In this document: one piece after another, positions 16,034-24,958 of the stretch
Layout: each line of letters begins with the position of its first letter
How positions within the stretch are numbered: position 1 is the first letter of the stretch
Source of the DNA: a virus
DNA length: 64,000 nt
Direction: 5' to 3' (one strand)
Virus record (IMG/VR): IMGVR_UViG_3300045988_055634
Coordinates: 1-64,000 of that record
Notes under the pieces: model-generated
What the model was told of the DNA's origin: nothing
Database searches by the model: none
Seen by the model: the letters and a program-made list of their open reading frames with translations, nothing else
Program-made: the position numbers and the translations under genes

Positions 16034-16283
16034 AGAAGCTATCAAATTTAGAAAGAAAGCTAATTTCAAGATATTAACTAGATTAAGTCAAATCATTGAC
16101 CAATATCCTTATCTAAGATTTCACCAAATTCTTATGATATATAAGGTTAGTGAACTGGGAGTGGATAAGTTCAATGAGGAGAGTGTAGAAACTTTGAAGA
16201 AGCTAGAGCATGAAATGGTGGAAAAAGGAATTGGTAAGATTACTAGTAATAGTTCTGATGGGAACAATACTATTAGTAACTAG
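16017..16283 (+). CDS. hypothetical protein
   Basis: 88 aa ORF; TAG stop. Confidence 0.4.
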   Translation: MEAQIEEAIKFRKKANFKILTRLSQIIDQYPYLRFHQILMIYKVSELGVDKFNEESVETLKKLEHEMVEKGIGKITSNSSDGNNTISN

Positions 16284-16364
16284 GGAAGTAATGGGTTTTG
16301 AGACCGCAGTTATGACTGGTCTAACTATTATATTATGCAATCAAATATTTAACGAATAAAGATT

Positions 16365-18380
16365 ATGAATTTTAAAGATTTCAAGAAAGATGTAGAGTCT
16401 GCTTTCAATGCTATGATTGCAGATAATTTATTTGTAGTTAATGTAGACAAAGACCTTTTGTGGATGAGTTATCTCCTCTCCTTTGAGGACGAAACAATTC
16501 GACAAGATCACAATTGTAATGCTTGTAAGTCTTTCATACGTCACTATGGTAAGGTAGTCGCTATAGACCCTCAAACCTACAAGGTGAAAACCTTCTGGGA
16601 TGATGTTCACACTCCTGGCTATGAAAAGACCGCATCTGATTTAGCTAAGCTCGTTAAGGAAGCTGGAATAGGAGATATATTCATTCAGGATGTTAATGAG
16701 TTTCACGGTTGTGACCATAATGTGCAACTTCTTCCTGATGGAACTACTAGAACTTGGACTCACTTGTACGTGACTATTCCTAACAAGTTTAAATTCAACA
16801 AGAGAGTACATCATTTCGATTCTGCCGCAGGTTATCGCGGAGATGTTAGAGCTAGAGCTGGTGTCTTTGAACGCTCTCTTTCCGAGCTTAAACTAAGTGC
16901 GGTAGAAACCGTAATTGAGTTGATAGAGGATAATAATCTCTATCGCGGAGAGGAGTTCCTAAAGACTCTGCAAGAGTTCAGAAGAACTATGCTTGAGGCC
17001 GATAATCTCTCACCAGAGGTTCGCACTAACTATTGTTGGTTTAACTTCAAATCTCCAATAGCTAAGATTAGAAATACAGCTATGGGAACTCTACTGATTG
17101 ACTTAAGTAATGGTGTGGACCTGGAAAGAGCTGTTAAGTCTTATGAGAACATTATGGCTCCATCTAACTATAAGAGACCTACTGCTCTTATTACTAAGAA
17201 ACAAATTGAGGCTGCTCAGAAGAAGGTTGAAGAACTTGGGTTAACTGATGCCCTTCCTCGCCGTCATGCTCGTGTAGAAGATATTTCTGTAAACGACGTT
17301 CTGTTCGTAAATAGAGACACTCGTGCACGTATGAAAGGAGGTATATTTGACTCTTTAAAAGAGACCTCAACGGTTAATCCTAAAGAGTATACCAAAGCTA
17401 CTGAAATTTCAATTTCGGAGTTTGTAACTAATGTATTGCCACACTCTAAGGATGTGCAAATTCTTGTTGAGAATAAGCATATTCCTAATTTTGTTACCCT
17501 AACTGCTCCAGAGAACCCTGATGCAGGTCAGCTGTTCAAATGGAAGAATAACTTCGCTTGGGTGTATAATGGCTCTATGGCGGATTCATTCAAGGAGAAA
17601 GTAAAAGCAGCAGGTGGTAACGTAAATGGATTCCTAAGATGTTCTCTACACTGGTTTAACTATGATGACCTTGACCTCCATGTAACAGAACCTGGTGGTA
17701 ATGAAATCTATTACGGGCATAAGAGAGGATTAACTGGTGGTACACTAGATGTAGATATGAACGCTGGTTCTGGTAAAACCAGAGATGCAGTCGAGAATAT
17801 TATCTGGACTGACCAATCTAAACTCAGAGCAGGTCGATATGAAGTGCGTGTGCATAACTTCTGCAAAAGAGAACATATAGACTTTGGATTCGAGGTAGAA
17901 ATCGAAATCAATGGAGAACTTCATAAGTTCAACTATGATAAGATGGTGTCAGACAGAGAATATATTGCGGTAGCAATTATCAAGGTAGATTCTATTGGTA
18001 ATATAACCCTAAGTCCGGTAATTGCCGAAGGTGCAACTTCATACAAGTCTATGAACGAGTGGGGCATTGATACTATGCGTTTCCAAACTGTTTCTTGCAT
18101 CATGTATTCTCCAAATTATTGGGAAGGTAATGAAATAGGAAACAAGCACCTATTCTTCATGATTGATGGATGTAAAAATCCTGACCCAGTTCGAGGATTC
18201 TTCAATGAATATCTGAGACCCGATCTCGAAAAAGATCATAAGAGAGTATTCGAAGCTATTGGCTCTAGAGCTAAAGCAGAATACAACGATAACCAGTTGA
18301 GTGGACTAGGATTCTCTAGTACGTCTCACGACGAGGTTGTAGTTAAAGTTGATAATAAACCATTTAAAATTAAATTCTAA
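16365..18380 (+). CDS. large hypothetical protein (671 aa) with N-terminal Cys cluster
   Basis: Uninterrupted 2 kb ORF; HNCNACKSF motif; no family recognised by eye. Confidence 0.5.
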   Translation: MNFKDFKKDVESAFNAMIADNLFVVNVDKDLLWMSYLLSFEDETIRQDHNCNACKSFIRHYGKVVAIDPQTYKVKTFWDDVHTPGYEKTASDLAKLVKEAGIGDIFIQDVNEFHGCDHNVQLLPDGTTRTWTHLYVTIPNKFKFNKRVHHFDSAAGYRGDVRARAGVFERSLSELKLSAVETVIELIEDNNLYRGEEFLKTLQEFRRTMLEADNLSPEVRTNYCWFNFKSPIAKIRNTAMGTLLIDLSNGVDLERAVKSYENIMAPSNYKRPTALITKKQIEAAQKKVEELGLTDALPRRHARVEDISVNDVLFVNRDTRARMKGGIFDSLKETSTVNPKEYTKATEISISEFVTNVLPHSKDVQILVENKHIPNFVTLTAPENPDAGQLFKWKNNFAWVYNGSMADSFKEKVKAAGGNVNGFLRCSLHWFNYDDLDLHVTEPGGNEIYYGHKRGLTGGTLDVDMNAGSGKTRDAVENIIWTDQSKLRAGRYEVRVHNFCKREHIDFGFEVEIEINGELHKFNYDKMVSDREYIAVAIIKVDSIGNITLSPVIAEGATSYKSMNEWGIDTMRFQTVSCIMYSPNYWEGNEIGNKHLFFMIDGCKNPDPVRGFFNEYLRPDLEKDHKRVFEAIGSRAKAEYNDNQLSGLGFSSTSHDEVVVKVDNKPFKIKF

Positions 18381-18382
18381 TT

Positions 18383-18757
18383 ATGTACAAACAAGCGTCT
18401 AAAATGAAGTTGCGCTTTGCAACTAGTAAAGGTAATTTGAGTGTGGAAGATTTATGGGACTTAAGTCTGCCTGCATTGGACAGACTGGCAGTGTCCTATG
18501 ACGAAGAATTAGCCAAGAGTCCTAGAAAATCTTTCATAACTAATGATACTCCTAGCAATAGCGAACTGGAGTTAAAGTTCAACATTGTGAAAGATGTTAT
18601 CACTGATAAGCTGAAAGACAAGGCCGCTAGAGAAGCAGCTAAAGATAAGGCAGCTGAGAAGGCACGCCTGACTGAACTGCTGGCTAAGAAACAGTCTGAG
18701 AAAATGGAAAGTATGTCCGAAGATGAAATCAGACAACGACTTGCAGAACTCGGATAA
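18383..18757 (+). CDS. hypothetical protein
   Basis: 124 aa ORF with lysine-rich coiled-coil C-terminus. Confidence 0.4.
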   Translation: MYKQASKMKLRFATSKGNLSVEDLWDLSLPALDRLAVSYDEELAKSPRKSFITNDTPSNSELELKFNIVKDVITDKLKDKAAREAAKDKAAEKARLTELLAKKQSEKMESMSEDEIRQRLAELG

Positions 18758-19037
18758 TTGTGTCGTATTGAAAACAGTTAGTCCACAAATCTTAGATAAA
18801 CTAAGGGAAAGTGGATTGACTGTTTGTACGTGTTGTGAATTTCCTGGTACAGCCTGGTTAGTATTCAGACCAAATATGCCTACATCGGATATTCACGGTG
18901 AGGGGTATGATTTCGAAGAGATAGGACTTTTTGGAACAGAGGCTGTTCTCAAATACTTCGAAGCTAACACTCCGAATTATGTAGATTGCGGAACTGATGT
19001 CGATAAATTTATTAACATTTGTTTGCAGTTTAAATAA
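18723..19037 (+). CDS. hypothetical protein
   Basis: 104 aa ORF. Confidence 0.4.
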   Translation: MKSDNDLQNSDNCVVLKTVSPQILDKLRESGLTVCTCCEFPGTAWLVFRPNMPTSDIHGEGYDFEEIGLFGTEAVLKYFEANTPNYVDCGTDVDKFINICLQFK

Positions 19038-19123
19038 GTTAACGGTTTTTAACTTTGAATTTAACACTTGTACTGTTATTATAGTAAGTTGATTAGCGGT
19101 ACGTGAGTATAGCTAATCACTAT

Positions 19124-19209
19124 GCCCGAATGGTGGAATTGGTAGACACGTCAGATTTAAGCTCTGATGCCCAGTAATGGGCGTGTGGGTTCGAGTCCCA
19201 CTTCGGGTA
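19124..19209 (+). tRNA. tRNA-Leu(TAA), type II
   Basis: Acceptor gcccgaa/ttcgggt, D-loop aattggtagac, anticodon arm tcaga-tttaagc-tctga, long variable arm, T-arm gtgggttcgagtcccac. Confidence 0.8.
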
Positions 19210-19227
19210 CTAATTTAATATCAATAA

Positions 19228-19398
19228 TATGGAAAGATATATAGAAGAACTTATTGAAATATATAGAAAAAATACTCTAAAGTCAGACGAAGAATTAGAA
19301 TCTCTGAAGAGTTTACTTAGAAATGTTCATCGTGATGGATTTATAGCAGGAGAAGAATCAATAATTAATGTTGTGGATAAACTAACAAAACGTAACTA
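19228..19398 (+). CDS. small hypothetical protein (56 aa)
   Basis: ATG..TAA ORF between tRNA-Leu and the next gene. Confidence 0.3.
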
Positions 19399-19400
19399 AT

Positions 19401-20312
19401 ATGAACAGTGTATTTTTTGGAAATGAAGGGTTGACTTCTACGTCAGCAAACTTCTATGCGAACATCGCACAAGAAATGATTCAAGCAGCACAGGAACGCT
19501 TGAATAATGTGAAATTCTTTCAAGTATCTGTAGCCTCTATCGGCGGAGGAGAAAAGCAGTTAATGACAGTAGGACAAAAGTCCCTTGACTTTATAAAAGA
19601 TGATTTGGAAAAGGTCGCTGCCATGAATAGTTTTTGTGCTTGGGTACGAGAAGCTATTAAAGAGAAAGAAGGAATGATTGGCAAAGTATCTGCTACTATG
19701 CTTGATGATTGGGCAGAAAGTCAGGGAATAGGACTGCCAGAGCAGCCTAAGTATCCAGAAGCTCTACCTTCTCCGACTGAAGAGACTATCATAAAGTCGT
19801 GGGATATTAACAAGAGAAATAAATTCCTAAGATTAGAGGCGTTTGCTTCTACCTATGGAAAGTATATTCATCCAAAAGGAGCCTTTAGTAAAGCACGAAA
19901 AGAAGTTCATGCAGCTGAGAATTGTCCTATCTATAAGGAAGGCTCTGGAAGAGATTTAATTCTCTACTACCAAGACCCTACCATCGAAGTAGAAAAAGTG
20001 GACAATATGTTCATGTCTCTTCAAGACACCTATCGTTCTTACGAGAAGGAGTTAAATGCTCTTAAAGCTGAGCTTAAGGAGGAGGTTAATAAACTTTCTA
20101 ACACTCAAGAACAAGAGTATCGTGAGAAAATGGCTGAATTTAAAGCAAAATACGACAAATATACCTCCGAATTAGGAGAGTTGAGAAGTCGTTTCAATAG
20201 TTGGAAAACTTCTGAAATGGAACGTATTTCCAAACTAAAAATCGCTTTGCCTAAGAATCTTTTAGATATTTTCGAAGAGATTAGGAGACAAGGCGACTCT
20301 TCCTCTAAGTAA
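19401..20312 (+). CDS. hypothetical protein with C-terminal coiled coil
   Basis: 303 aa ORF. Confidence 0.5.
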   Translation: MNSVFFGNEGLTSTSANFYANIAQEMIQAAQERLNNVKFFQVSVASIGGGEKQLMTVGQKSLDFIKDDLEKVAAMNSFCAWVREAIKEKEGMIGKVSATMLDDWAESQGIGLPEQPKYPEALPSPTEETIIKSWDINKRNKFLRLEAFASTYGKYIHPKGAFSKARKEVHAAENCPIYKEGSGRDLILYYQDPTIEVEKVDNMFMSLQDTYRSYEKELNALKAELKEEVNKLSNTQEQEYREKMAEFKAKYDKYTSELGELRSRFNSWKTSEMERISKLKIALPKNLLDIFEEIRRQGDSSSK

Positions 20313-20746
20313 TTAGAGGACTTCCGTAGGAAGCTAACATAACATACTTAACAGGAATAATTATGAACAGTATATTCTTAAATCCGCATGGATTTAATCT
20401 TTATTCGCTGGCTACACAAAAATTTACAACCTACTCTCTAATTGAGAGTCTTTGTCTTAGTCTTTGTTAGTGTAGCTAGGTCTTTGACTATGGCTTCATC
20501 TTTGCCTGCGCGTTAGCTTCCTACATAGCTCGTCAACCACGTGTTGAAGGAGTTACGGAATCCCTTCGGGATTCTAGCCTTTTGCTTCAGTTACAAGTAA
20601 TCTTTAAACTTGGTGACTATTATCCCAAATTCTCAACAAGATGAAGAGGGAGGTTGACCAACCTAATAATGGTACAAGCTCTTCGGAGTGATAGGAGTGG
20701 GGAAAGTATCTGGTGAAGCACAGATACTGGAACCACTCTTTTTTTT
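20313..20746 (+). ncRNA. candidate structured non-coding RNA ending in an intrinsic terminator
   Basis: ~430 nt with no convincing ORF; 13-bp long-range complement gtaggaagctaac (20326-38) / gttagcttcctac (20512-24); UUCG-type hairpins at 20548-64 and 20668-79; terminator hairpin plus T8 at 20695-20746. Confidence 0.35.
20695..20746 (+). terminator. intrinsic terminator: nested hairpin gagtgg...agtatctg/cagatact...ccactc followed by TTTTTTTT
   Basis: Perfect 8-bp inner stem and 6-bp outer stem, then an 8-T run. Confidence 0.65.
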
Positions 20747-20786
20747 GATAGATAAAATGATTATTAACTAATTTAAATTAAGAAAA

Positions 20787-20960
20787 ATGAAGAAAGTACT
20801 ATTGCTTTTCGGAATGGTTGCACTGATGTCTGCTTGTGCAGGTAATACAAAGACTCAGGCTCCAGAAAACGATTCTATCGCAATCGTTAAAGAAGTTGCT
20901 GACACAATGAGTGTAGACACTCTAGGTGTGGATAGTCTTGTAATTGATAGTATTCAGTAA
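20787..20960 (+). CDS. small lipoprotein (57 aa)
   Basis: MKKVLLLFGMVALMSAC signal with lipobox-like MSAC; ATG follows a purine-rich stretch. Confidence 0.4.
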   Translation: MKKVLLLFGMVALMSACAGNTKTQAPENDSIAIVKEVADTMSVDTLGVDSLVIDSIQ

Positions 20961-21285
20961 TATGGATTTTATCGCAACCAGAGTCAATGAACTCTTAAGT
21001 AGGGTATCTCCTATTAAGCGATGGCTTATTTCTGATGTTGCGAATGAATACTATCGAGCAGGATATCAAGATGGTCAGAAACTAGTCTACAGAAATGTGT
21101 TAAAGGGAAGCGCATTGAGAGAGTTTATCGAAATTCTAAATCATTGCGGAATTAAACTTAGTTACAACTTACGTAAGGGTGGGCTACTGGTCAGTGTAAG
21201 AACTGATAAGTTGTCCAACTTACAGAATCTTGTTAATTGTTACAAAAATGAGCAAAACAAAGAGAACAGTCCTGACAAGGGATGA
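20944..21285 (+). CDS. hypothetical protein
   Basis: 113 aa ORF. Confidence 0.4.
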   Translation: MIVFSNMDFIATRVNELLSRVSPIKRWLISDVANEYYRAGYQDGQKLVYRNVLKGSALREFIEILNHCGIKLSYNLRKGGLLVSVRTDKLSNLQNLVNCYKNEQNKENSPDKG

Positions 21286-21628
21286 TTGTCCCCCATTGGA
21301 GGAACAATACAAAAGCATTATGGAGAACTTTGATTTTGATAAGGTTCTGGAGTATATGCAGTGGGACAAGAGTCATAGAGAATATGATGACGAGGGTCGC
21401 TGTATAGGCAAAAGTACATGGAAAATGTATGTAGGTCCGAACGAACACAGAGTTCCCACTCTTTACGAACTATCCAGAAATGCTAGCGTACTACTAAGAG
21501 AAGTAATGAAGCTGTACAATGACAACAAAAGTCCTTATCTTTCTATAGCTACTGGACCATTCAAGGTTATTTGCAGATATGGGATGCTGGAACTTATAGC
21601 TTGCCTAGAAACTTGGAGTTATGATTGA
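21249..21628 (+). CDS. hypothetical protein
   Basis: Track ORF 21230..21628; ATG at 21249 (MSKTKRTVL...) chosen as the likely start. Confidence 0.4.
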
Positions 21629-22016
21629 ATTTAATCAGATTTTTTGTGAGGATTTGAAAGATGATTTCGAGGAAGCTGGTAGGCATGAGAGAAATTTCGA
21701 GTTAGACGAGTTTATTCAGAAGGATTTAAGTAGAGCATTTGCGTTTGGTTATTGTCATTTAGACTGGATAAAGGAGAAAATGTGGTTTCCTGTTCCTATT
21801 AGGAAGGCTTTACGGCATTTAGGGGACGACCTAGAAGATTTTGCTCCTCAGCTTAAATGGCTTAACGAAAAATATGGTGCTATAGGAAAGAGAGTTAGAA
21901 TTGTTGATTATGCAAACTATATTTTAGATAATATATTTTGTGACAATCAAGACGATTTGCTAAAGATAGCAATATTACTCGGAACTAACATGAGAGTAAA
22001 TACTGCTGATGAGTAG
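21621..22016 (+). CDS. hypothetical protein
   Basis: 131 aa ORF. Confidence 0.4.
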   Translation: MIEFNQIFCEDLKDDFEEAGRHERNFELDEFIQKDLSRAFAFGYCHLDWIKEKMWFPVPIRKALRHLGDDLEDFAPQLKWLNEKYGAIGKRVRIVDYANYILDNIFCDNQDDLLKIAILLGTNMRVNTADE

Positions 22017-22452
22017 GCTAGAAGTGTTCACTGATGGAGCTTTTAGCTCATCTAGAGACACAGGAGGAGTAGGAGTTGTATTCGTAATTGATGGGGAAAA
22101 AGCCTATGAATTTAGTAAGATGATTCCTAATACTACTAATAATAAATGTGAGTTGTTAGCAGTAATTTATGCTCTAAATGCAGTAAGTCGTAAAATCGAA
22201 TCTCTGACTATTTACTCAGATTCTCAGTACGTCATAGGATGTGCTACTAAAGGATGGAAAAGAAAGAAGAATATAGAGTTATGGAATTTATACGACAAGG
22301 TCTTAAATAAGGCAAAGCAATTTTGTCCTAATATAGATTTTTGTTGGGTGAAAGGACATACTTCAAGTTCAGACTTCTTTTCTCAGATGAATAATCTCGC
22401 AGATAAATTAGCAGTTGAAGCAAGTCAGGAATATGAAACTAAGAAAGAATAA
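22009..22452 (+). CDS. rnhA: ribonuclease HI
   Basis: FTDGA...GGVGVV, ELLAVIYAL, YSDSQYV, WVKGHTSS...NLADKLA match the RNase H catalytic motifs. Confidence 0.8.
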   Translation: MSRLEVFTDGAFSSSRDTGGVGVVFVIDGEKAYEFSKMIPNTTNNKCELLAVIYALNAVSRKIESLTIYSDSQYVIGCATKGWKRKKNIELWNLYDKVLNKAKQFCPNIDFCWVKGHTSSSDFFSQMNNLADKLAVEASQEYETKKE

Positions 22453-22477
22453 GAATAAGAAACTTATCAAAGAAGCT

Positions 22478-22849
22478 ATGAAGTTTTATCCATTCGATTA
22501 TGGATTTGTTCTCTCTTTAGAGAAACAAGCCCTAATTAGAATGTATGAATACTTTAAGGTATCTAGAATTGCGGAAGGCAATGAACGTGTCGAAAAAGAG
22601 CTAAATCTAGCACTAAAGCTATTAGATATTGTGCTAGAAATAGATTCTGCGTATCACCATGACTTTAGACCTGGGTCAAAGGAATTTGTAGATAGACACA
22701 TAAATACTAAAAATTGGAATCGATTCCACCCTAAGGCTGCTGATCTCGATTGGAATACCCCAATCCTTAAAGATTATCTGAGAAGAGAAAAAGCCTGGTA
22801 CTTATACAACAAACTAAAGTTTGAACGTATGAGGTCTTGGTGGGATTAA
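22478..22849 (+). CDS. hypothetical protein
   Basis: Track ORF 22415..22849 trimmed to an ATG downstream of the RNase H stop (MKFYPFDYG...). Confidence 0.4.
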   Translation: MKFYPFDYGFVLSLEKQALIRMYEYFKVSRIAEGNERVEKELNLALKLLDIVLEIDSAYHHDFRPGSKEFVDRHINTKNWNRFHPKAADLDWNTPILKDYLRREKAWYLYNKLKFERMRSWWD

Positions 22850-22865
22850 TTTAATTAATAGAATT

Positions 22866-23882
22866 ATGAAGAAAATTTTTAGTATTATTTGTTTGTGTTT
22901 AATGTGCGTGTTTGCTAGCGCACAAGTTGTTGAAACTGGAAGTTTGAAAGATAACTGGTATGTTTCTGGTAATGTAGGTACTACAATTTGGGACAACTCA
23001 AGAAGTTGGGCTGAACCTCATGATGTATTAGTAAATATTGCGGTGGGTAAAGAAATTACTCCTATCTTCGGACTAGAGTTAGATATGATGGCAGGTATGA
23101 ATCAAGGCAGTAAAACGTTCTTCGATTCCCATAACCTTACAGCTAATGTAACTACTAATCTAACTAATCTTATTTGTGGATACGAAGGCTCTAGACGTTT
23201 ATTTGAGCCTGTATTACTGATAGGTGCTGGTTGGTATCATACTTATGGTGATGTTTATAATAATGTATCTGCAAGAGGTGCAATTAGATGCAACTTTAAT
23301 ATTACTGATAGTTGGGCACTAAATGTTACTCCAGAGTATATGCTACTTCCAAAGACTACTCCTCTAAATCATGAAGTAAATGTTTATATAGGAGCCACTT
23401 ACCGGTTTAAGTCTAATAAAGGAAACTTTCCTATGATGAAACTATATAGTGACGCTGAAGTAGAAAGTCTTAATGCTGCTATTAACGAGTTGAGGGTTAA
23501 GAATAGCGAATTGGAATCTCGTAAACCAGTAGAAATAATTAAGACTGATACTATAGTAGTTACTAAGGTAGAACTTCTTACACCTAAAATTCAGTTTTTA
23601 CAGAACTCTTCTGAAATCTCTACAACTTCTAATGTTGCAGTATCGGAGTTAGCAGCTTATATTTCAAATAGTGGTAAGTCATATATGATTGAAGGATATG
23701 CTTCTGAAGAAGGTCCAGTAGATTTTAATGACAACTTAGCTGTAGCTAGAGCAGAATCTATGAAGAAGGCCCTTATCAGTTATGGCGCTCCAGAGGATAA
23801 GCTTATAGTTAAAGGCTGCGGAAGCACTACTGAGTTTGGAGATAGAGAATTTAACAGAATCGTAATCGTAACAGAACAATGA
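22866..23882 (+). CDS. OmpA-family outer-membrane protein (beta-barrel plus OmpA-like C-terminal domain)
   Basis: Signal peptide MKKIFSIICLCLMCVFASAQ; C-terminal MIEGYASEEGPVDFNDNLAVARAESMKKALISYG...VKGCG matches the OmpA peptidoglycan-binding domain. Confidence 0.7.
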   Translation: MKKIFSIICLCLMCVFASAQVVETGSLKDNWYVSGNVGTTIWDNSRSWAEPHDVLVNIAVGKEITPIFGLELDMMAGMNQGSKTFFDSHNLTANVTTNLTNLICGYEGSRRLFEPVLLIGAGWYHTYGDVYNNVSARGAIRCNFNITDSWALNVTPEYMLLPKTTPLNHEVNVYIGATYRFKSNKGNFPMMKLYSDAEVESLNAAINELRVKNSELESRKPVEIIKTDTIVVTKVELLTPKIQFLQNSSEISTTSNVAVSELAAYISNSGKSYMIEGYASEEGPVDFNDNLAVARAESMKKALISYGAPEDKLIVKGCGSTTEFGDREFNRIVIVTEQ

Positions 23883-23996
23883 AATACAAGAAAAAAGTAA
23901 AATGGTTAAAGGATAAACAGGCATGGTGGGATAAGCAGGGAAAAGATTTCCAAGCTGCAACCACTAGACCTGGTTCCGTTAAAACTCGATAATCTA

Positions 23997-24146
23997 TGTT
24001 AGCTATTATACTAGCAATAGTCTTGATAATCGCCTTTATTTATTACGACCCATATGTAGATATTACAGAGGATAATGTCTTATTATGGTATAATGGTAAG
24101 GGATATAGGGAATACATTATTCTGTGGTCCAGAAATACTAATTAAG
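23997..24146 (+). CDS. small membrane protein (49 aa)
   Basis: MLAIILAIVLIIAFIYY... single TM helix. Confidence 0.3.
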
Positions 24147-24147
24147 T

Positions 24148-24462
24148 ATGGACGTAAAGATTATGTTGATAAGTGATTGTATAGGAGTTGTGCTCTATGC
24201 GCTCCTATACTATACACTTTATCATACCTATGAACTAGATTATTTAGGTTCTGGAAGGTGGAGAAGGTGGAGAAGAATATCTGTGCCTGGTTGGGCTGTA
24301 GTTATAGCCCTAGTGAGCCTATGTCTTCCTCCTGTAGCTGTCTCGCTTTCTATAGTAAGCTGGATTATATATATGCTTAAGTTTCTCGGCGATAAATATT
24401 ACGAGGTAGACGTTTCTTTTATTAAGTTTTTATCAAACTCAATACATGACACGAATATTTAA
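24148..24462 (+). CDS. membrane protein
   Basis: 104 aa with two hydrophobic helices. Confidence 0.35.
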   Translation: MDVKIMLISDCIGVVLYALLYYTLYHTYELDYLGSGRWRRWRRISVPGWAVVIALVSLCLPPVAVSLSIVSWIIYMLKFLGDKYYEVDVSFIKFLSNSIHDTNI

Positions 24463-24958
24463 ACATCTAATTAGGATTATTAAGCATAAATACTGGGTAG
24501 CACGCTATTGTTTCCAGTTAGGTCTTTATTGGCAGGGAATAGTACATGACTGGTCTAAGTTTAGCTATACTGAATTTAGTAGGTCAATAAAGTATTGGGA
24601 CGATACTATTAGTCCTCTAGCTAATGAGAAAAACATACACGGATATTCTGAAACCTTCCTACATCATCGAGGAAGAAATCCACATCACTATGAATATTGG
24701 GTTCATAGTTTAGATGAAGGAGGAGTTCCAGCGAAAATGCCAAGAAAATATGCTTTGGAATTAGTCTGTGATTATCTGGCTGCTGGGAGAACCTATAATA
24801 AAGATTTTACCTATGGGAGTGAGTACAACTGGTGGATTAAATTTCTAAGTTCACCTAGAGCTATACATCCCGAAACCAAGGACTTCGTAACTAAATGCTT
24901 TAGGCATTTGAGTGCCGGAGGTAATATTAAATATTTATTGAAAATTGACTATGAGTAA
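24446..24958 (+). CDS. hypothetical protein
   Basis: 170 aa ORF, His-rich (HDWSKF, HHRGRNPHHYEYW). Confidence 0.4.
   Translation: MTRIFKHLIRIIKHKYWVARYCFQLGLYWQGIVHDWSKFSYTEFSRSIKYWDDTISPLANEKNIHGYSETFLHHRGRNPHHYEYWVHSLDEGGVPAKMPRKYALELVCDYLAAGRTYNKDFTYGSEYNWWIKFLSSPRAIHPETKDFVTKCFRHLSAGGNIKYLLKIDYE

Noticed and set aside
20363-20470. 35-codon ORF (MNSIFLNPHGFNLYSL...) inside the proposed structured-RNA region, whose first codons resemble the start of gene 19401
   Set aside because: It is short, lacks a ribosome-binding context, ends in a Cys/Leu-rich tail and overlaps the predicted long-range helix; the weak similarity to the 19401 start (atgaacagtRtatt) is only ~14 nt.
23736-23960. Minus-strand ORFs scattered through the window (e.g. 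7903..8580, 23736..23960, 26431..26818, 29570..30000, 41347..41783, 50020..50259, 53785..54180)
   Set aside because: All lie entirely within well-supported + strand genes (AAA ATPase, OmpA, NadV, etc.), have no start or stop context of their own and have low-complexity translations; the window shows no convincing minus-strand gene.
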